Shown one piece after another: positions 10,741 to 24,459 of a DNA stretch of 53,018 nt; within the stretch, counting starts at the first letter, position 1, and each line of letters starts with the position of its first letter. The notes below the pieces were generated by a model. It worked only from the letters and a program-made list of their open reading frames with translations, ran no database searches and had not been told where the DNA came from. Made by a program: the position numbers and the translations under genes. Source of the DNA: Octopus bimaculoides (taxonomy: Eukaryota). Location: contig NC_069003.1 of NCBI RefSeq assembly GCF_001194135.2, forward strand, positions 27,730,202 to 27,783,219. The letters run 5' to 3'.

Positions 10741-11429
10741 CCATCAAACTTCCTTCGCTGATTTAAAACCAAGCTGAAACATTCACCAAACTTTAACTGG
10801 TCAAATCATTCAGTAATTCCTTAAAGATTCCTATTGCACACAAAGCAATCATTTTATAGAGCGATAGTTTATTGTTTTATAACACAAGCAGAACACTTCA
10901 GTAGATAGGCTTTCATTTTTTAGCACTTTAGTGAGATTTAGTACATGTTATAAGCAAGATATTCCACTTCACAGTATTTTACTTGTCTGCTGTTGTAAGT
11001 AAAGTCGCTCGTTTATTACTAATACTTTTCTATTCTCCATATTTTGATATCAATATATATTTTGGCAATGACTGAGCGATAAAACAAACAAACATACCTT
11101 GATAGTTTATCAATAGATTCAAAATGAAAAAATTGCCTCCGATATTTACTATCTTATATGTAACAATATTTTATCAATACAGCAGATTTTTTTTATTCGT
11201 TATTTGTTTATTTATTTATTTGTTTGTTTTATTAATTTATTTTTTGCTAATGGAGGAAGAATGTATGTTTATTGACATCACGAGCCCTCCGAGACTATTA
11301 ACCTCAGCATGGTCAATTTTCTCGTTGAAAACTTCAAGTTGGTGACTACAGGAAAAAAAAAAGAGGTGCAGGGAGGACTTTCAAAGTACAAGGGTCTCTG
11401 AAGGACGGGCTAAAGAAGTGAAACTGCGG

Positions 11430-12990
11430 CCCTAGGTGTGGTCAGAAACGACTTATCAAACCGCGTTGACAATAAGATTAGAAATATCTCCAAAATGGGA
11501 AAATAGAATAGTACCAACACCGTAGTAGTGAACAGATTTCGCAAATTTACGAAATATCAGTTCGATATTGTCGCATTCTATCCAACAGTTTTCAAACTCT
11601 TTCTCACTAAGACCTCTGTAATTTGTAATGACGCATTGCAATCTGGAATTAAGTGGTGCCCATTTGTTACTGCTTTTTGACGGAGATTATGTATGGATGA
11701 AAGACGCTACTGATCCCTTTGATATAGCGGTAAGCACTATCAAAAGACTAGAGATCATCAATCTAGTTAAGGCCTTCATTCTAGAAAAGCATAAATCTAG
11801 ATTTAAATCATTGACGATAGAGTTCTACAGAGACGATGGTCCACCTATTTGGAACAACATGAAAGGACAATATTTAGTTAAAGTAAAAGGAGACTCAATT
11901 AGTACATTTAATGGCTTAGGGTGCGATATTATTTTTACTACAAGCATAATTCCTACACGTTACCTTATATTTCAAGACGTCTCAAAACCATACATTTGAT
12001 CAATAAACATTCGCCCACTATCATCATTGTTAAGAATCTTTTCAGCAATGTTCGCAAAAAGATCACCAGTATCTTTTCAGGTGATTGAATAATTGATATA
12101 ACGACCAGCTGCTACAAAAATTAATAAGCTAGAAACTCTAGATCGAGAGAAGAAATAAGTTTACAGCCAAACTTGGAACTAACCACGATTAGTAAAATGA
12201 AAATCCACAAACTTTTTACTGTTATGTAATCCAGTTGAATTTTGTGTATAACCTTAACGTGACATTAAATGTTGCCAAGAACTTTTGGATCAGGTTTAGG
12301 AAGAACTTCTTAAATCTGATCCGCAAAGAAAGGAATATCTGTAATTTCTGTGAAACGTCTTCTACAAGGGGCAAAGATTTCGAACTTTTAATAAGCAAAG
12401 CATAAAGGTAAGCTATATTTGCATGACGAAAATGGGGACATTATGGAAACAAATAGGTATCAAAAATCACTTAATATGCTCAAGGAATCAGAAACCAACT
12501 GCATGAGTGTTGTCTGTACGTGACAGGGAAGATAACTGGAAGTTTCAAAAGAAAGAGTTATGACGTTTCGGCAATTTCTGCAAACCGAAATTTCTAATTC
12601 TTTGAACAACAGTATCAGTCTCAAGACATATAAAACTTCTTGGAGCATACTTCGGAATGTGCGAAGGAACCTTTAAAAGTCAGTGCATAAACCATAAGAA
12701 CATCTCCAGATACGTATAGAAAAGGAACAACTTTGATATCCTCCAGCGGCCTACTGCACTTCAGCAACTAATATTTCACTTTTAAAAAATCACTGTGGCT
12801 TCTGTAATGATGAATAATACATCTAACTGCTGATAAGCAAGATTAAACGGAAAATCCGATCAACCAGAATCCTGTAAAGTTCCATCCTGTTCGTGATAAA
12901 GGTGGACTAGAAAACTATCCATTAATCAAACCTGGCGATTTCCCAAGAAGACAACTTAAGATTCAGAGTTACGAAATGTCGTAAGCCGGA
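11430..12990 (+). mobile_element. Penelope-like retroelement relic with RT and GIY-YIG endonuclease remnants
   Basis: QFDIVAFYPTV (~11558), WMKDATDPFDI, FYRDDGPP, KPYI...NI, NVTLNVAKNF, YFGMCEGTFKSQCINHK (12648+) and KNHCGFCNDE (~12788) occur in the order expected for PLE RT then GIY-YIG; many stops and frameshifts. Confidence 0.8.
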
Positions 12991-13403
12991 ACTATAAGGT
13001 TATGTATAGCGTATTCACACATTGCAAAAGATACAGAGCTTTCCTTTTCTTTGTAGAATTATCATGTACGAAATAATACGCGAAAGCATTCAACGATATA
13101 ACTTTATACACACACACATACACACACACGTACATACATACACGTATGTGCGCGCACACGCACGCACTTACTAACACTCAAGTAAGCACGAACGCGCACA
13201 CATACACATACGCACACTTGCGTGTTGGAGCGAGTTGTATCGCCTGTCTATGACTCTCAGGTGTTTTGACACGCAGCGCTTTACGGGAGTTATCGCCACC
13301 GCGCTATGTGCAGCCTATCGCTGAACAAGACAAACGACTGATATCTTCACAATTACCTTGCCATCTTTTTCTTTAATTACATATATATATGTGTGTATGT
13401 ATG

Positions 13404-13440
<37 letters not shown>

Positions 13441-13441
<1 letters not shown>

Positions 13442-13601
13442 CGCAGGCATGGTTGTGTGGTAAGTAGCTTGATTACCAACCATCTGGTTCCAGGTTCAGT
13501 CCCCATGCGTGGCACCGTTGACAATTGTCTTCTACTATAGCCACGGGCCGACCAAAGTCTTGTGAGTCGATTTGGTAGACGGAAACTGAAAGAAGACCGT
13601 C

Positions 13602-13645
<44 letters not shown>

Positions 13646-13812
13646 AAACATATGTATGTATATGTTTGTGTCTGTTTGTGTCCCCACTATGACTTGTCAA
13701 CCGATGTTGGTGTGTTTACATCACCGTAACTTAGCGGTTCGGCAAAAAGGGCGACTAAAAGCAGTGCTCCTACATGGCCGCAGTCAAATGACTGAAACAA
13801 ATTAAAGAATAA
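13441..13812 (+). mobile_element. SINE family B, near full length, with internal (TA)n
   Basis: tRNA head (tggttgtgtggtaag, ggttcagtccc), gggccgaccaaag...ggaaactgaaagaagaccgtc, tail atggccgcagtcaaatgactgaaacaa. Confidence 0.85.
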
Positions 13813-14379
13813 AATAATATATATATATATAGACAGACAGATAGATAGATAGATAGATGTGTGTGCATATATGAAGAGAGGTGCAGAGAAGTATTTGGTA
13901 TATATGAAGAGAGTGGAAGAGAAGCAGATGAAGAAAGAAAGACAGAAAGAAATTCACAGATATTCTATTTCCGTTTCATTCGCCCTCTAATAGCATTTCA
14001 TATCATGAAACCATCTGAAACCAACATATCTAGCGAGCGGCATTCCTCTACCTAAATATTTAAAACATACAACATTGTTCAATGGTCGTCTTTTGACCGA
14101 TGTTATGGAAAGAAACATTCTCATTTGCCTGAGATTAACCAATAACTTCAATAGATGCATCTATGCTACTCCAACAATTGCTCAATAAAAATGCACCTAG
14201 ATCTTGGCGTGCATGAAACAAGGAACACTGTAAAAGGTTCACAATTAAACACTACTTATGCTGGCAGCTTTTGAAAGAGAAGGATGGCCATCTTAACATG
14301 AAATAATGACTGGTTTAGAGTTAGTCAATAATTCTATACAATGATTTTCTCTATTTCTCTTCATACTCCAGTTTTGGTA

Positions 14380-14396
14380 TGTGTATGTACATATAC

Positions 14397-14446
<50 letters not shown>

Positions 14447-15498
14447 CTTTCTGTTGCTCTTTTTCCTCATTTTCTCTTTCTCTGTCTGTATCTCTTTCTC
14501 ACTCACACATACACACAGACTCTCTCTCTCTCTCTCTCTCTGTATACACAGACATCTATGCATATAAGTATATTGTAATTCCCTCTTTCTCTCTCTCTCT
14601 CTCCCCATCGCCGCACACTCGTTCTCTGTCTTTCTATCTTCGTCTTTGTACATGTGGATTTTTCACCGCTTCACTTTCATTCGCATGGCTTATTCATTTA
14701 ATGCGACCAACCAGAGAGCGAACAAGTATTCATGGTTAAAATATCAGAGAATAGGTAGTGGAGTCAGTCTTCAATACTTGGCATTTTAAAATTGGTGGTG
14801 GTACATTTGTACAGGTCTGGTGGAAGAATATGTAGAGAAAATCGTTGGCACAGTGATTAACAATAGCTGATGTAGGAATCTAAATGGGGAAAATATGTAA
14901 ATTCAGTTAAAGTGCCAAAGAAGCCAGATGACTATATCGATAATATGTGTGTGTATAAAGCTGGCGTTCTCATTAAGTTAGATCAAACGATACATACTTC
15001 AGAAAGTAAGGGAAATAACTCGCTTTGATAGGTACTATGTGCATACAGAAAAATGTAGACAGAAAGAGAGATATAGACATAGACATAAGAGCTTGTATAC
15101 ACATTAAAACAAGGATGCATATATATACGATCATGAGTATGTGTGTGCACGCGTGCGTGCGTTCATGTGTGTGTGTGTTTGTCCATGTGTATATATACGC
15201 ATATATATATATATACTTATATATATATATATAGAAAGGTATATAGATATACGCGTATATATATATATATATACATACACACACACACACACATATATAT
15301 ATATGCAAATATGTATATGCAATATATACATTTGCATATGTGGACATGTAAGTCATGTGTCCATCTGAGAAAGATGGGTATATGGTTAAATATGTATGTA
15401 TAATATATTTGTGTGTGCATCTATATATATGCATGTATAAATTCATGTACATACATACATACATACATATACACATACATACACACATATATACATTT

Positions 15499-15570
<72 letters not shown>

Positions 15571-15640
15571 TTGCCTGGGTGTGTATTTGACTGTGTGCAT
15601 ATGTCCATATACGAGTATAAATGCGTACATGTGAGATATG
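14380..15640. repeat. Cluster of (TA)n, (CT)n, (CA)n and (CATA)n microsatellites
   Basis: Directly visible. Confidence 0.85.
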
Positions 15641-15974
15641 TAAACTATATTGATATTAATATTCACAACGGGACACTTTCACTTACGGTTTTCCTACTTT
15701 GTCATTTTCAATTCAGTAATAATTGATCTCTCGTTTATTTCCGTGGTATCATGCAGTGGCATTATGGTTATAATGGTATAATGTCTTATCGCAATACTGA
15801 AGTGGTGTGGTGATGTGTCCGCCTTCTAAGAGTGATGTGGTTCTGTGACAGCGTTATATTTTAGTCGTTTGACGATGAGGTCGGATATTTGTGTGACGGT
15901 ATAATCACGAAGCTTGATGGTGTTGCAGTCGCGTGTGTTTATAAAGTTGTGGTAATGCTGCAAATCCTGATGAA

Positions 15975-16174
15975 ATGTTAACACGCCGGGCGAAATGCTT
16001 TGCGGTATTTCGTCTGTCTTTACGTTTTGAGTTCAAATTCCGCCGAGGTCAACTTTACCTTTCATCCTTTCGGGGTCGATAAATTAAGTCCCAGTTGCAT
16101 ACTGGGGTCGATCTAATCGACTGGCTCTCTCCACCAAAATTCCGGGCCTTGTGCCTAGAGTAGAAAAGAAATAA
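15975..16174 (+). mobile_element. SINE family A, 5' slightly truncated
   Basis: acgccgggcgaaatgc...gagttcaaattccgccgagg...cctttcatcctttcggggtcgataaattaag...ggccttgtgcctagagtagaaaag. Confidence 0.9.
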
Positions 16175-16194
16175 TGTAAGCTTTTGCTAGAGCG

Positions 16195-16450
16195 AGAGGG
16201 CATATTGTTGATGAAGAGGTAATGTAGGTTTTTACTGGGGTTTGAGGGTATATTTTTGAAAGAGGGACAATGTAGATTTTTGCTGGGTTGATAGCATATA
16301 TTTTTTACAGAGGGGTAATGTAGATTGCTATGGTTAGGGGACATATTTTTGGTTTAGGTGTAATGTAGGTTTTGTGGGAGGGATATTATAGAATTTTTCT
16401 GGTGTTGCAGGGCATATTTTTGAAAGAGATATACTGTTTGTTTTTGTTGG
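16195..16450. repeat. Degenerate ~47-bp minisatellite; related pieces at 18102-18169 and 18440-18505
   Basis: Recurring gaggg(c/t)atattttt...gaggtaatgtag...ttttactgggg units. Confidence 0.7.
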
Positions 16451-16520
16451 GGTGAAATTTCAGGCCTTGTGCCTATCTATAGTAAAAAGGATTGTTATTA
16501 TTATTATTATTATTATTACT

Positions 16521-16710
16521 AAGGCGGTGAGCTGGCAGAATCGTTAGCACACCGGACGAAATGCTTAGCGGTATTTCGTCCGTCGCTACGTTCTGAGTTC
16601 AAGTTCCGCCGAGGTCGATTTTGCCTTTCATCCTTTCGGAGTCGATACAATAAGTACCAGATGAACACTGGGGTCGATGTAATTGACTTATCCCCTCCCA
16701 CGAAATTGCT
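16521..16710 (+). mobile_element. SINE family A lacking its tail, preceded by (ATT)n
   Basis: aaggcggtgagctggcagaatcgttagcac...gagttcaagttccgccgagg... Confidence 0.9.
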
Positions 16711-17010
16711 AAGAGGTATGATTTTTGTCTGAAGTCTTTCAAAATAATGTCTGGCCTATTCCCATCTATCCTTCTGTCAGTTTGAACGGTGAAGTCCCAG
16801 AGGTGGTTTGTGTTCCCAACAGTTTTTATCATGGGACAGATCCAGGTTTTTGCAAATTACCCAGTGAATATATTGTGCTGCCCTATCATGCCTGTTGAGA
16901 TACTCTGTAGGCGCAAGAAGACTGCACATGGAGACAACATGGTCAATGGTTTTATTTTGTTGTTTACATACACGACATGCTGGGCTACTGCCGTTCTTTA
17001 ATATGTTGGC
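16711..17010 (-). mobile_element. R4/Dong-like LINE fragment: CCHC knuckle, RHD motif and RLE start
   Basis: CRVCKQQNKTIDHVVSMC...YLNRHDRAAQYIHWVIC and LWDFTVQTDRRIDGNRPDIILKDFRQK in ORFs 16777-17085 and 16599-16832. Confidence 0.9.
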
Positions 17011-17023
17011 CGTATTATTATTA

Positions 17024-17060
<37 letters not shown>

Positions 17061-17229
17061 GCAAAAATAAATCTTTAAAGTACAAATGAACTGAAACACA
17101 TCTGAAACCTTATGAATTTAAAATATCTGAAGAATCAGAAACAAATTCGGTAATGATGTCAAGTGGGTTTCAGTTTCTATAAGCCATTGTTTCAGATTCC
17201 AAAGAATGGTACAAAAATATCCTGGTTCT

Positions 17230-17390
<161 letters not shown>

Positions 17391-17664
17391 ACAAACACGC
17401 AGAGGTTCAGTCATTCTTAAAGTTTCAATTGTAGGATGTATTTGGTATTTCAATGGATTTTTTCCGATAACGAAGCTATTCAATCACTAAATATCAATAG
17501 CCGTATTTCTTGCTGTTTTCTTTTCCGTTCTCTCCTTTTCTATTTCACCGAATCTCTGAATCTTCGGTATTTCTTCTGAAGCAGCGAAGAGAGAGGCAGT
17601 CTCTCTCTCTCTCTGTTGAGTTCAGTTTCAGTAAGTCGCATCTGTGCGTGTGCGCGTGTAAATG

Positions 17665-17723
17665 TATGTGTGTGTGTGTGCGTATGTATATGTATCTTTG
17701 CAACATATATGTGCATGTGTGAA

Positions 17724-17759
<36 letters not shown>

Positions 17760-17878
17760 ATCTTTGCAACATATATGTGTATGTGTGAAATGTGTGTGTG
17801 TGTGTGCGTATGTATATGTATCTTTGCAACATATATGTGCATGTGTGAAATGTGTGTGTGTGTGTGTGTGTGTGTGTG
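17665..17878. repeat. Three ~60-66-bp units: a unique core embedded in (GT)n, abutting a gap
   Basis: tatgtatctttgcaacatatatgtg with tctttg at 17695, 17761 and 17821. Confidence 0.9.
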
Positions 17879-18043
17879 NNNNNNNNNNNNNNNNNNNNNN
17901 NNNNNNNNNNNNNNNNNNNNNNNNNNNNNNNNNNNNNNNNNNNNNNNNNNNNNNNNNNNNNNNNNNNNNNNNNNNNNNNNNNNNNNNNNNNNNNNNNNNN
18001 NNNNNNNNNNNNNNNNNNNNNNNNNNNNNNNNNNNNNNNNNNN

Positions 18044-18092
<49 letters not shown>

Positions 18093-20466
18093 TATGTATG
18101 TATGAAGAGGTAATGTAGGCTTTTACTGGGGTTCGAGGGTATATTTTTGAAAGAGGGACGATGTAGATTTATATATAGATATATATATAATCCAAACAAT
18201 ATAAAACTCTTCTGTGATTGGACTCATGAGACACGGTGCCTTCTTAGAATAAATACCAAAGATTCATTGAAATAATAATAAAGAAACGTCTATTGATACG
18301 GCATAACATATTTCCCGACCACAGATTCTGGTTGTAAGCATCCTTTGGCTACTGAGCCTGCTAGTCGTGTGCTTACTTCGTTGAAGCATTCTACGGGCGT
18401 AACATATGTTAGTTTAACTAGTAGGATTTTTTCTGTAGCGAGGAGTCACATTTTTGATGGAGGGGTAATGTAAGTTTTTGCTGGGACGAAAGAGTATATA
18501 TTTTTATGGATATAAACCGATAGAATATATACCAAACTTTAAAAAAATGTACTGTAGTGGATTTATTCGACTAAATTCTTTTCAGGCGGTGCCCCAAAGT
18601 GGCCGTAGTCTAATGAGTGAAATGATTAAAAGATAAAAGATTCAGATATGTAATTCAGACATACGTCCTGTAGTGTCATGTGGGAATGTACATATATGGT
18701 ATAGTAGTATAAATAGACATTTGTTTAACTCACATACGCACGTACATATATGGTAAGAAAAACATTAATATATATGCGCATGCCCACACACACACATATT
18801 TACATACATGTTCGAATACATATCCATATGCATGGGTTTGTATATATATTTCATATGAGCGTGTGTGTGTGTGTGTGTGTGACATAAAAAGAAGCGAAGT
18901 GCAATGCCAGCAGACTGTGTGGAGACCATAATAGAAAATCGACCATTTTGTCTCCGGTTACCCACAAACTTATTGCTACAAACGTTCTCTTCATTACATT
19001 TTTCCAGTCAATTTTATAAATTTTTAGAACTGGTTTAGTTTATGTTTCTATACGTCAAAGTTCATTAATATATTATACTTCCGTTACACTGAAACCTTCT
19101 GGGATTTATATATTTGATTGTTACGTTATAATTCAAACTAGAAGATTGCTTCGTTTATTTTTACAAATAATTTCAGTGATCTTAGATGAATTATATAATC
19201 CCTTCAAACACAAAATTATTAGCAAGAAGCTGAACCTATTATTTCTCAAATAATCTTATATTTTCTTTCACGTTTCATCCAGTGGTTTTTAATGGTTTGA
19301 ACTTAAATAAGTCACTGTTTCGTGGAATGGAAAGCTGCTAAAATGAATGTATTTAACTGGAAGAAAAAAGCAGATGAGGGAGTCAAAGTTAAGCCAATCT
19401 CCAAGGAGGAAAAGACATTTGCAAAATTCAAGAAAGATATACTACGCAGCGGTCAAAATGGTGACTAATAATATACGCAAAACGAAATCTTTTACCAGAA
19501 TCAATAAAGGAGCCTATACTTTCTTTCAGAATTGAGATCATTCTAAACGAAATGAATCGAAGTGGAAATCCAACAGAGCAGTTAACTATGAAAATAAACT
19601 AATTACTGAAAATCCCATGAAGATTTAGTATATGACTAGACAGTAGGACTGTTGGCCAGGAAGTGTCTGAAGACACGAAGACTGGTTAAGCGAAGCGGAG
19701 AGATTCCTTAGTTGCTCGAATATTAAGAATGGCTGTTTGTTATTTCAGGAATAATGAAAATAAATAAATAAATGAGAGAAAGACAAAGGAATCCACAATG
19801 GAATAGGAGATTCCAACCAGAAAATTCAATATTTGAAGCACAACGAATAGCGCTCTCATTGAAAATCGATCGAACCGCCCAGATGAATTATAGATAAATA
19901 CAAGCTAAAATACTCAGTTGATGTTCTAGAAGTCAAATTCTACACTCCCTTGTGTTCATCCGCATCTAGTTTATGTCTTAATGCATGTGACAAAATAACA
20001 ACTGGATTTAGTAATGGTTTCTTTTGTTATATCTATTAATGTTGCATAGCTTCTGTTTAGGTGGATAATAGGAGTGAATTTGATATTCGTGCAGACATAA
20101 CTATGTGGTTTAGAAAGCTACTTTTGAAACTGTTGTCGACGTGTTCGATCTGATTGCTTGGCATCTTAAATATATAAACGTCTACAACGGTAATTCTTGG
20201 GAACAGGAAAAATGTAAACACACATGCACACACACATACAGACACGCGTACACACACACACGCGTGCACGTACTACAAACGTGTGTGTGTGTGTAAAACA
20301 GATGTGTGTGTATATGTACATGCTATAGTACATATATCTATATATACATTCTATAGAAAAATATTTTAGAAAATGTATTACGATGTAATGTCCTAATATT
20401 TATATTAAACAGACGCACACACACACACACTTACATACTCACACATATACACACACAAGCATACAT

Positions 20467-20503
<37 letters not shown>

Positions 20504-21905
20504 TACGCACACATATATATGATTTTTTTTTTTTTGGTAAGCTGTGTCGATTTTAGATGACAGAGTTCGGTAAAGTCATACAGTATATTATGTCTGTATT
20601 TTTGTTAGATATACTTTGAGATACATACCACAGAAAGACAAAATGGAATAAGCAGGAGAAGAGGAGGCACATAGGACAGAAAGTCGCTGAAGAGGTCAGA
20701 GAATGTGTGACGAAAGGACTTTGAGAGGCTAATAATAATAATAATAATAATAATAAAACCAAAGGAAAGATCAAATAAGTAGTGTGTGTGTATGTAATTG
20801 GTTAAAGATGACCATTCCCCAAGATTAACAATACTTTGATTTTATTTTCGATTTTCTCTTCGTTTTATCTGTACTTATATATCGTTATATTATTGCTCTA
20901 AACATGATTTCCCCCCTCTGTCATTGAGCTCTTTGCTAATCCCTTTGTCCCAAAAAGATATTTTTGCTTTAACTGACCAGAGATATCGACACTGATGATG
21001 AGTCTTACCGCTTCGTCATCTTTGTTGAACAGTATGGGTATGTGATGCAAGTAGGGGTGACCAACATTAACGTGAAGTTGAATGGTGTAGCAAGGATACC
21101 CAGGTTATCTTGAACCGCCGTCTCATTTCATAACGAGGCTATTCCGTAATACTACCGCTTTGAGAGAGGAGAGAGAAGCTCAGCCAGATTGGTAGTACGA
21201 GGTAGACAGACCACTTCTTACATGCTTAAGCTAAAGGTCACCAGAGGGCCATCTGTTCAAAAGAATTCAAAAGCAAACGAGGATACAGTATATCTGATTT
21301 GAAGGAAATTTGAAGGCACTGATTTGAAGGAAATTTAATTGCTATGTCTAGCAGGTGGATCATCTCCACACAAGCGTCTCATTGGCTCATAAAGTGACAT
21401 GTAAACAACATGTGTAAGAGAAAGACAGAGAAAATAATAAAAATAGCAGACCTTTCTTTAACTTTAGATTTCTCTGATCAATAAAGTTGGTTTGTTGTTT
21501 GCCATCCATCTCCTTGTTTAACCTTTGCCTTGCCTTATATTTAGTACACAGCAGCTTCTCTGATTTGATATTTCACAGTCAATAAATCTTCTATTGACTG
21601 TGCTAACAAACACATCGACAGAAAATGTCTATTGACGATATTTTCAGAGACTTACTGAACACCGAGACATATTCTGTTTGAAAACGACTTCTCAAAGAAA
21701 ATATGACAAAAAAAAAAGTTTAAAAAGATCTATTCTCATGTAACATGGCCGCCGATGAATAGAACGTCTCCGTAGACGGGTTCAATCATGCTTCTTTTCC
21801 ATGACGCAGCTGCTTCACATATTTTTGGCAACGCAACAGTTATGCATCGTAGACATCTAGACATCGCTTGCTACTGTATATATATAGAGAGAGACAACGT
21901 TGACA

Positions 21906-22054
21906 AGCGCAGCCGTGGTTATGTGCTATGATGCTTGCTTCTCAACGTCATAGTTCCGGGTTCAGTGACACTTTGGGCAAGTGTCTTCTACTGTAGGCTC
22001 AGAATGACTAAATCCTTGAGTATTGATTTGGTAGACGGAAACTGAAAGAATCCC

Positions 22055-22057
<3 letters not shown>
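21906..22057 (+). mobile_element. SINE family B 5' half; its (TA)n is followed by a family D fragment (22095-22243, -)
   Basis: ccgggttcagtgacactttgggcaagtgtcttctac...ggaaactgaaagaatcccgtc. Confidence 0.75.
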
Positions 22058-22095
<38 letters not shown>

Positions 22096-23188
22096 CTAGC
22101 AGGCCAGCATTCTCCCCGATCAAAAGGGGGACTGGAGAAACGCAAAATGAAGCGGTTTGCACAAGAGCACAACCCGCTCCCGGCTTGGAAACCAAACCCA
22201 CGATTGCTACATCGTGTTTGCGACAGCCTAGCCATAAGGCCACTCCCCCCCCCCACACACATATTCTTTTATTCTTTTACTTGTTTCAGTCATTTGACTG
22301 GAGCCATGCTGGAGCAATGGGTGTGTTTGTGTGTATTTGTATGTATGTATGTATATATATGTATGTACGGTTTCGCTTTCACAGCACGATCGATATTCCC
22401 ACACCTTTGTCTGGACATCTTGTTATGCTGTTATAGCACACATAACTGTGACCGTGCAACTATAATAAACATGTTCAAAGGTGAAAAACCGACGTAATCC
22501 GAGATGGTAATCCGATGGTGTTAGATAATCCGAGAATTAAGGTACTCCAAAGTATTGGTTACGTAGACATGGAAGATCGGCGTGAACGTGCGTTAATAAA
22601 ACAACGCAAATACATATAAGAAGAAAAAAAAAAACAACATATAAAATCAAAAGTCCAAGAGACATTCACAATCTTATAATATCAACTGTGAAAGTGTCTC
22701 AGACGTTTTTTGATTTTTGCTATTTGTATTTGGTTTGTTTTGTTATATAAACATCGACTGCGCTACCTCTACACACTTCGATGACAGAGCAGCTAATATC
22801 TACGCACATCTATGAATGTACATATGTCTTTCACTCCTTTGAGATTAGAGCTTATATAGAAACACCTTTGACAGCACAGCTACTAGCTACTATCTATCTA
22901 TCTATCTATCTATATANNNNNNNNNNNNNNNNNNNNNNNNNNNNNNNNNNNNNNNNNNNNNNNNNNNNNNNNNNNNNNNNNNNNNNNNNNNNNNNNNNNN
23001 NNNNNNNNNNNNNNNNNNNNNNNNNNNNNNNNNNNNNNNNNNNNNNNNNNNNNNNNNNNNNNNNNNNNNNNNNNNNNNNNNNNNNNNNNNNNNNNNNNNN
23101 NNNNNNNNNNNNNNNNNNNNNNNNNNNNNNNNNNNNNNNNNNNNNNNNNNNNNNNNNNNNNNNNNNNNNNNNNNNNNNNNNNNNNATA

Positions 23189-23311
23189 TATTAGGTTGGT
23201 GCATAATTATTGCGGGTTTTTTCAATGAATTTTATACAACAAAAACAATGACAACATTTAACAAAAACTTCTTTAAATGATTATTCCGAAGCATATTCAC
23301 CATCTACTTCG
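23189..23311 (-). mobile_element. Mariner 3' end and TIR
   Basis: TA-TTAGGTTGGTGCATAATTATTGCGG TIR; minus-strand EVDGEYASE* resembles a mariner C-terminus. Confidence 0.7.
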
Positions 23312-23365
23312 AGCGGTGGAGGGGAACAATCGCAGGCGTAAATACACACGCACATAGATATATAC

Positions 23366-23406
<41 letters not shown>

Positions 23407-24459
23407 AAGAGCGGGTATACAAATTCTTCACCTTTCTAACTTTTGTTCAATATTTTGTCTCCGTTCCGTTGCAAGCTGTATTCTTTAAATAATGAAAAAT
23501 GTTTTCAATGAATTCTTTTGCTGGACCTAAAAAGAAAAAAAAAAAACAAAACCTAAACAATAAAATAAACATAGACTTTATATATAAAGATATAAATATA
23601 TAATAACACACGGGAAATCATAAAAGTAAAGAGAAATACAATGGCGTAAGAGTCAAAAAACATCAACAGTTTTTATGTCTGACTCGTTATTGTTTCCATT
23701 CTGTTTTTACTGTAAATTGAGATTTAATATATTATTGTTGTTTCCGAGTTACTGTTGTTGCTGCCGGAGCTGCCATCGTCGTCGTCACATCTGTTATTGT
23801 TGTTGATGCTGTTGTTCTTGTCGTCGTTGTTGTTGTTGTTGAAACCAGAGGAAGCTCGTTGCCAATCAAATATAGTATTTCTTCTGCGCAATCTTTGTTG
23901 TTAATTCTAAATTCAACTACTTTCCACCCCTCAATCCGTCCTTGATCGAATACAGACATTGTAAAATCCTCTTGATCTGCTTCTAACCACTAAGACTAAC
24001 TTACGTCAAGCCACAGCTGTCTTTGTACGTACAGGGGCGTCTAGCAAACTACCTTGTCGTAATTATTCGCCACACATCCATATACAACGTAACATATCCC
24101 CACCATATCTAGGACTTAACAGCATTTCAAGTTAGCTGACCCATCTGAGCTTTACCAGTTCTTGGCACCACGTGTATCACCATTAGCCCCAATAGACAGC
24201 TAGGTGGTAGAGTGTGACCCTCCTCTTAGGCATGCCCCTCCATTTACCTTGTACAATCAAAATTTACAACATTCTATCACAGGTGGTTCACTCATTGCTG
24301 TCCTGCAGTAAATCAGTAAAAAAATTTTCTCTACAATACTTAGAGAAAATTACCCAGTTCTACTAACATTTTATGAAACTGCAGCTGCTGCAAGACCAGT
24401 GTCCCACCCACGAAGGATGTATCCAGGTTTCGCACAGCCCTCAAGCTTCCCTGCCTACC

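Noticed and set aside
13205-13360. CpG-rich unique stretch as a possible exon
   Set aside because: No convincing acceptor/donor pair and no recognisable peptide
19340-19540. Short Lys-rich ORFs
   Set aside because: No motif, no splice support, and length expected by chance
20992-21030. CTGATGA hammerhead half-core
   Set aside because: No GAAA or stem II partner downstream
23732-23995. Protein-like ORF MSVFDQGRIEGWKVVEFRINNKDCAEEILYLIGNELP
   Set aside because: Runs into an (AAC)n tract, has a poor acceptor and matches no family I recognise; could be an old TE remnant
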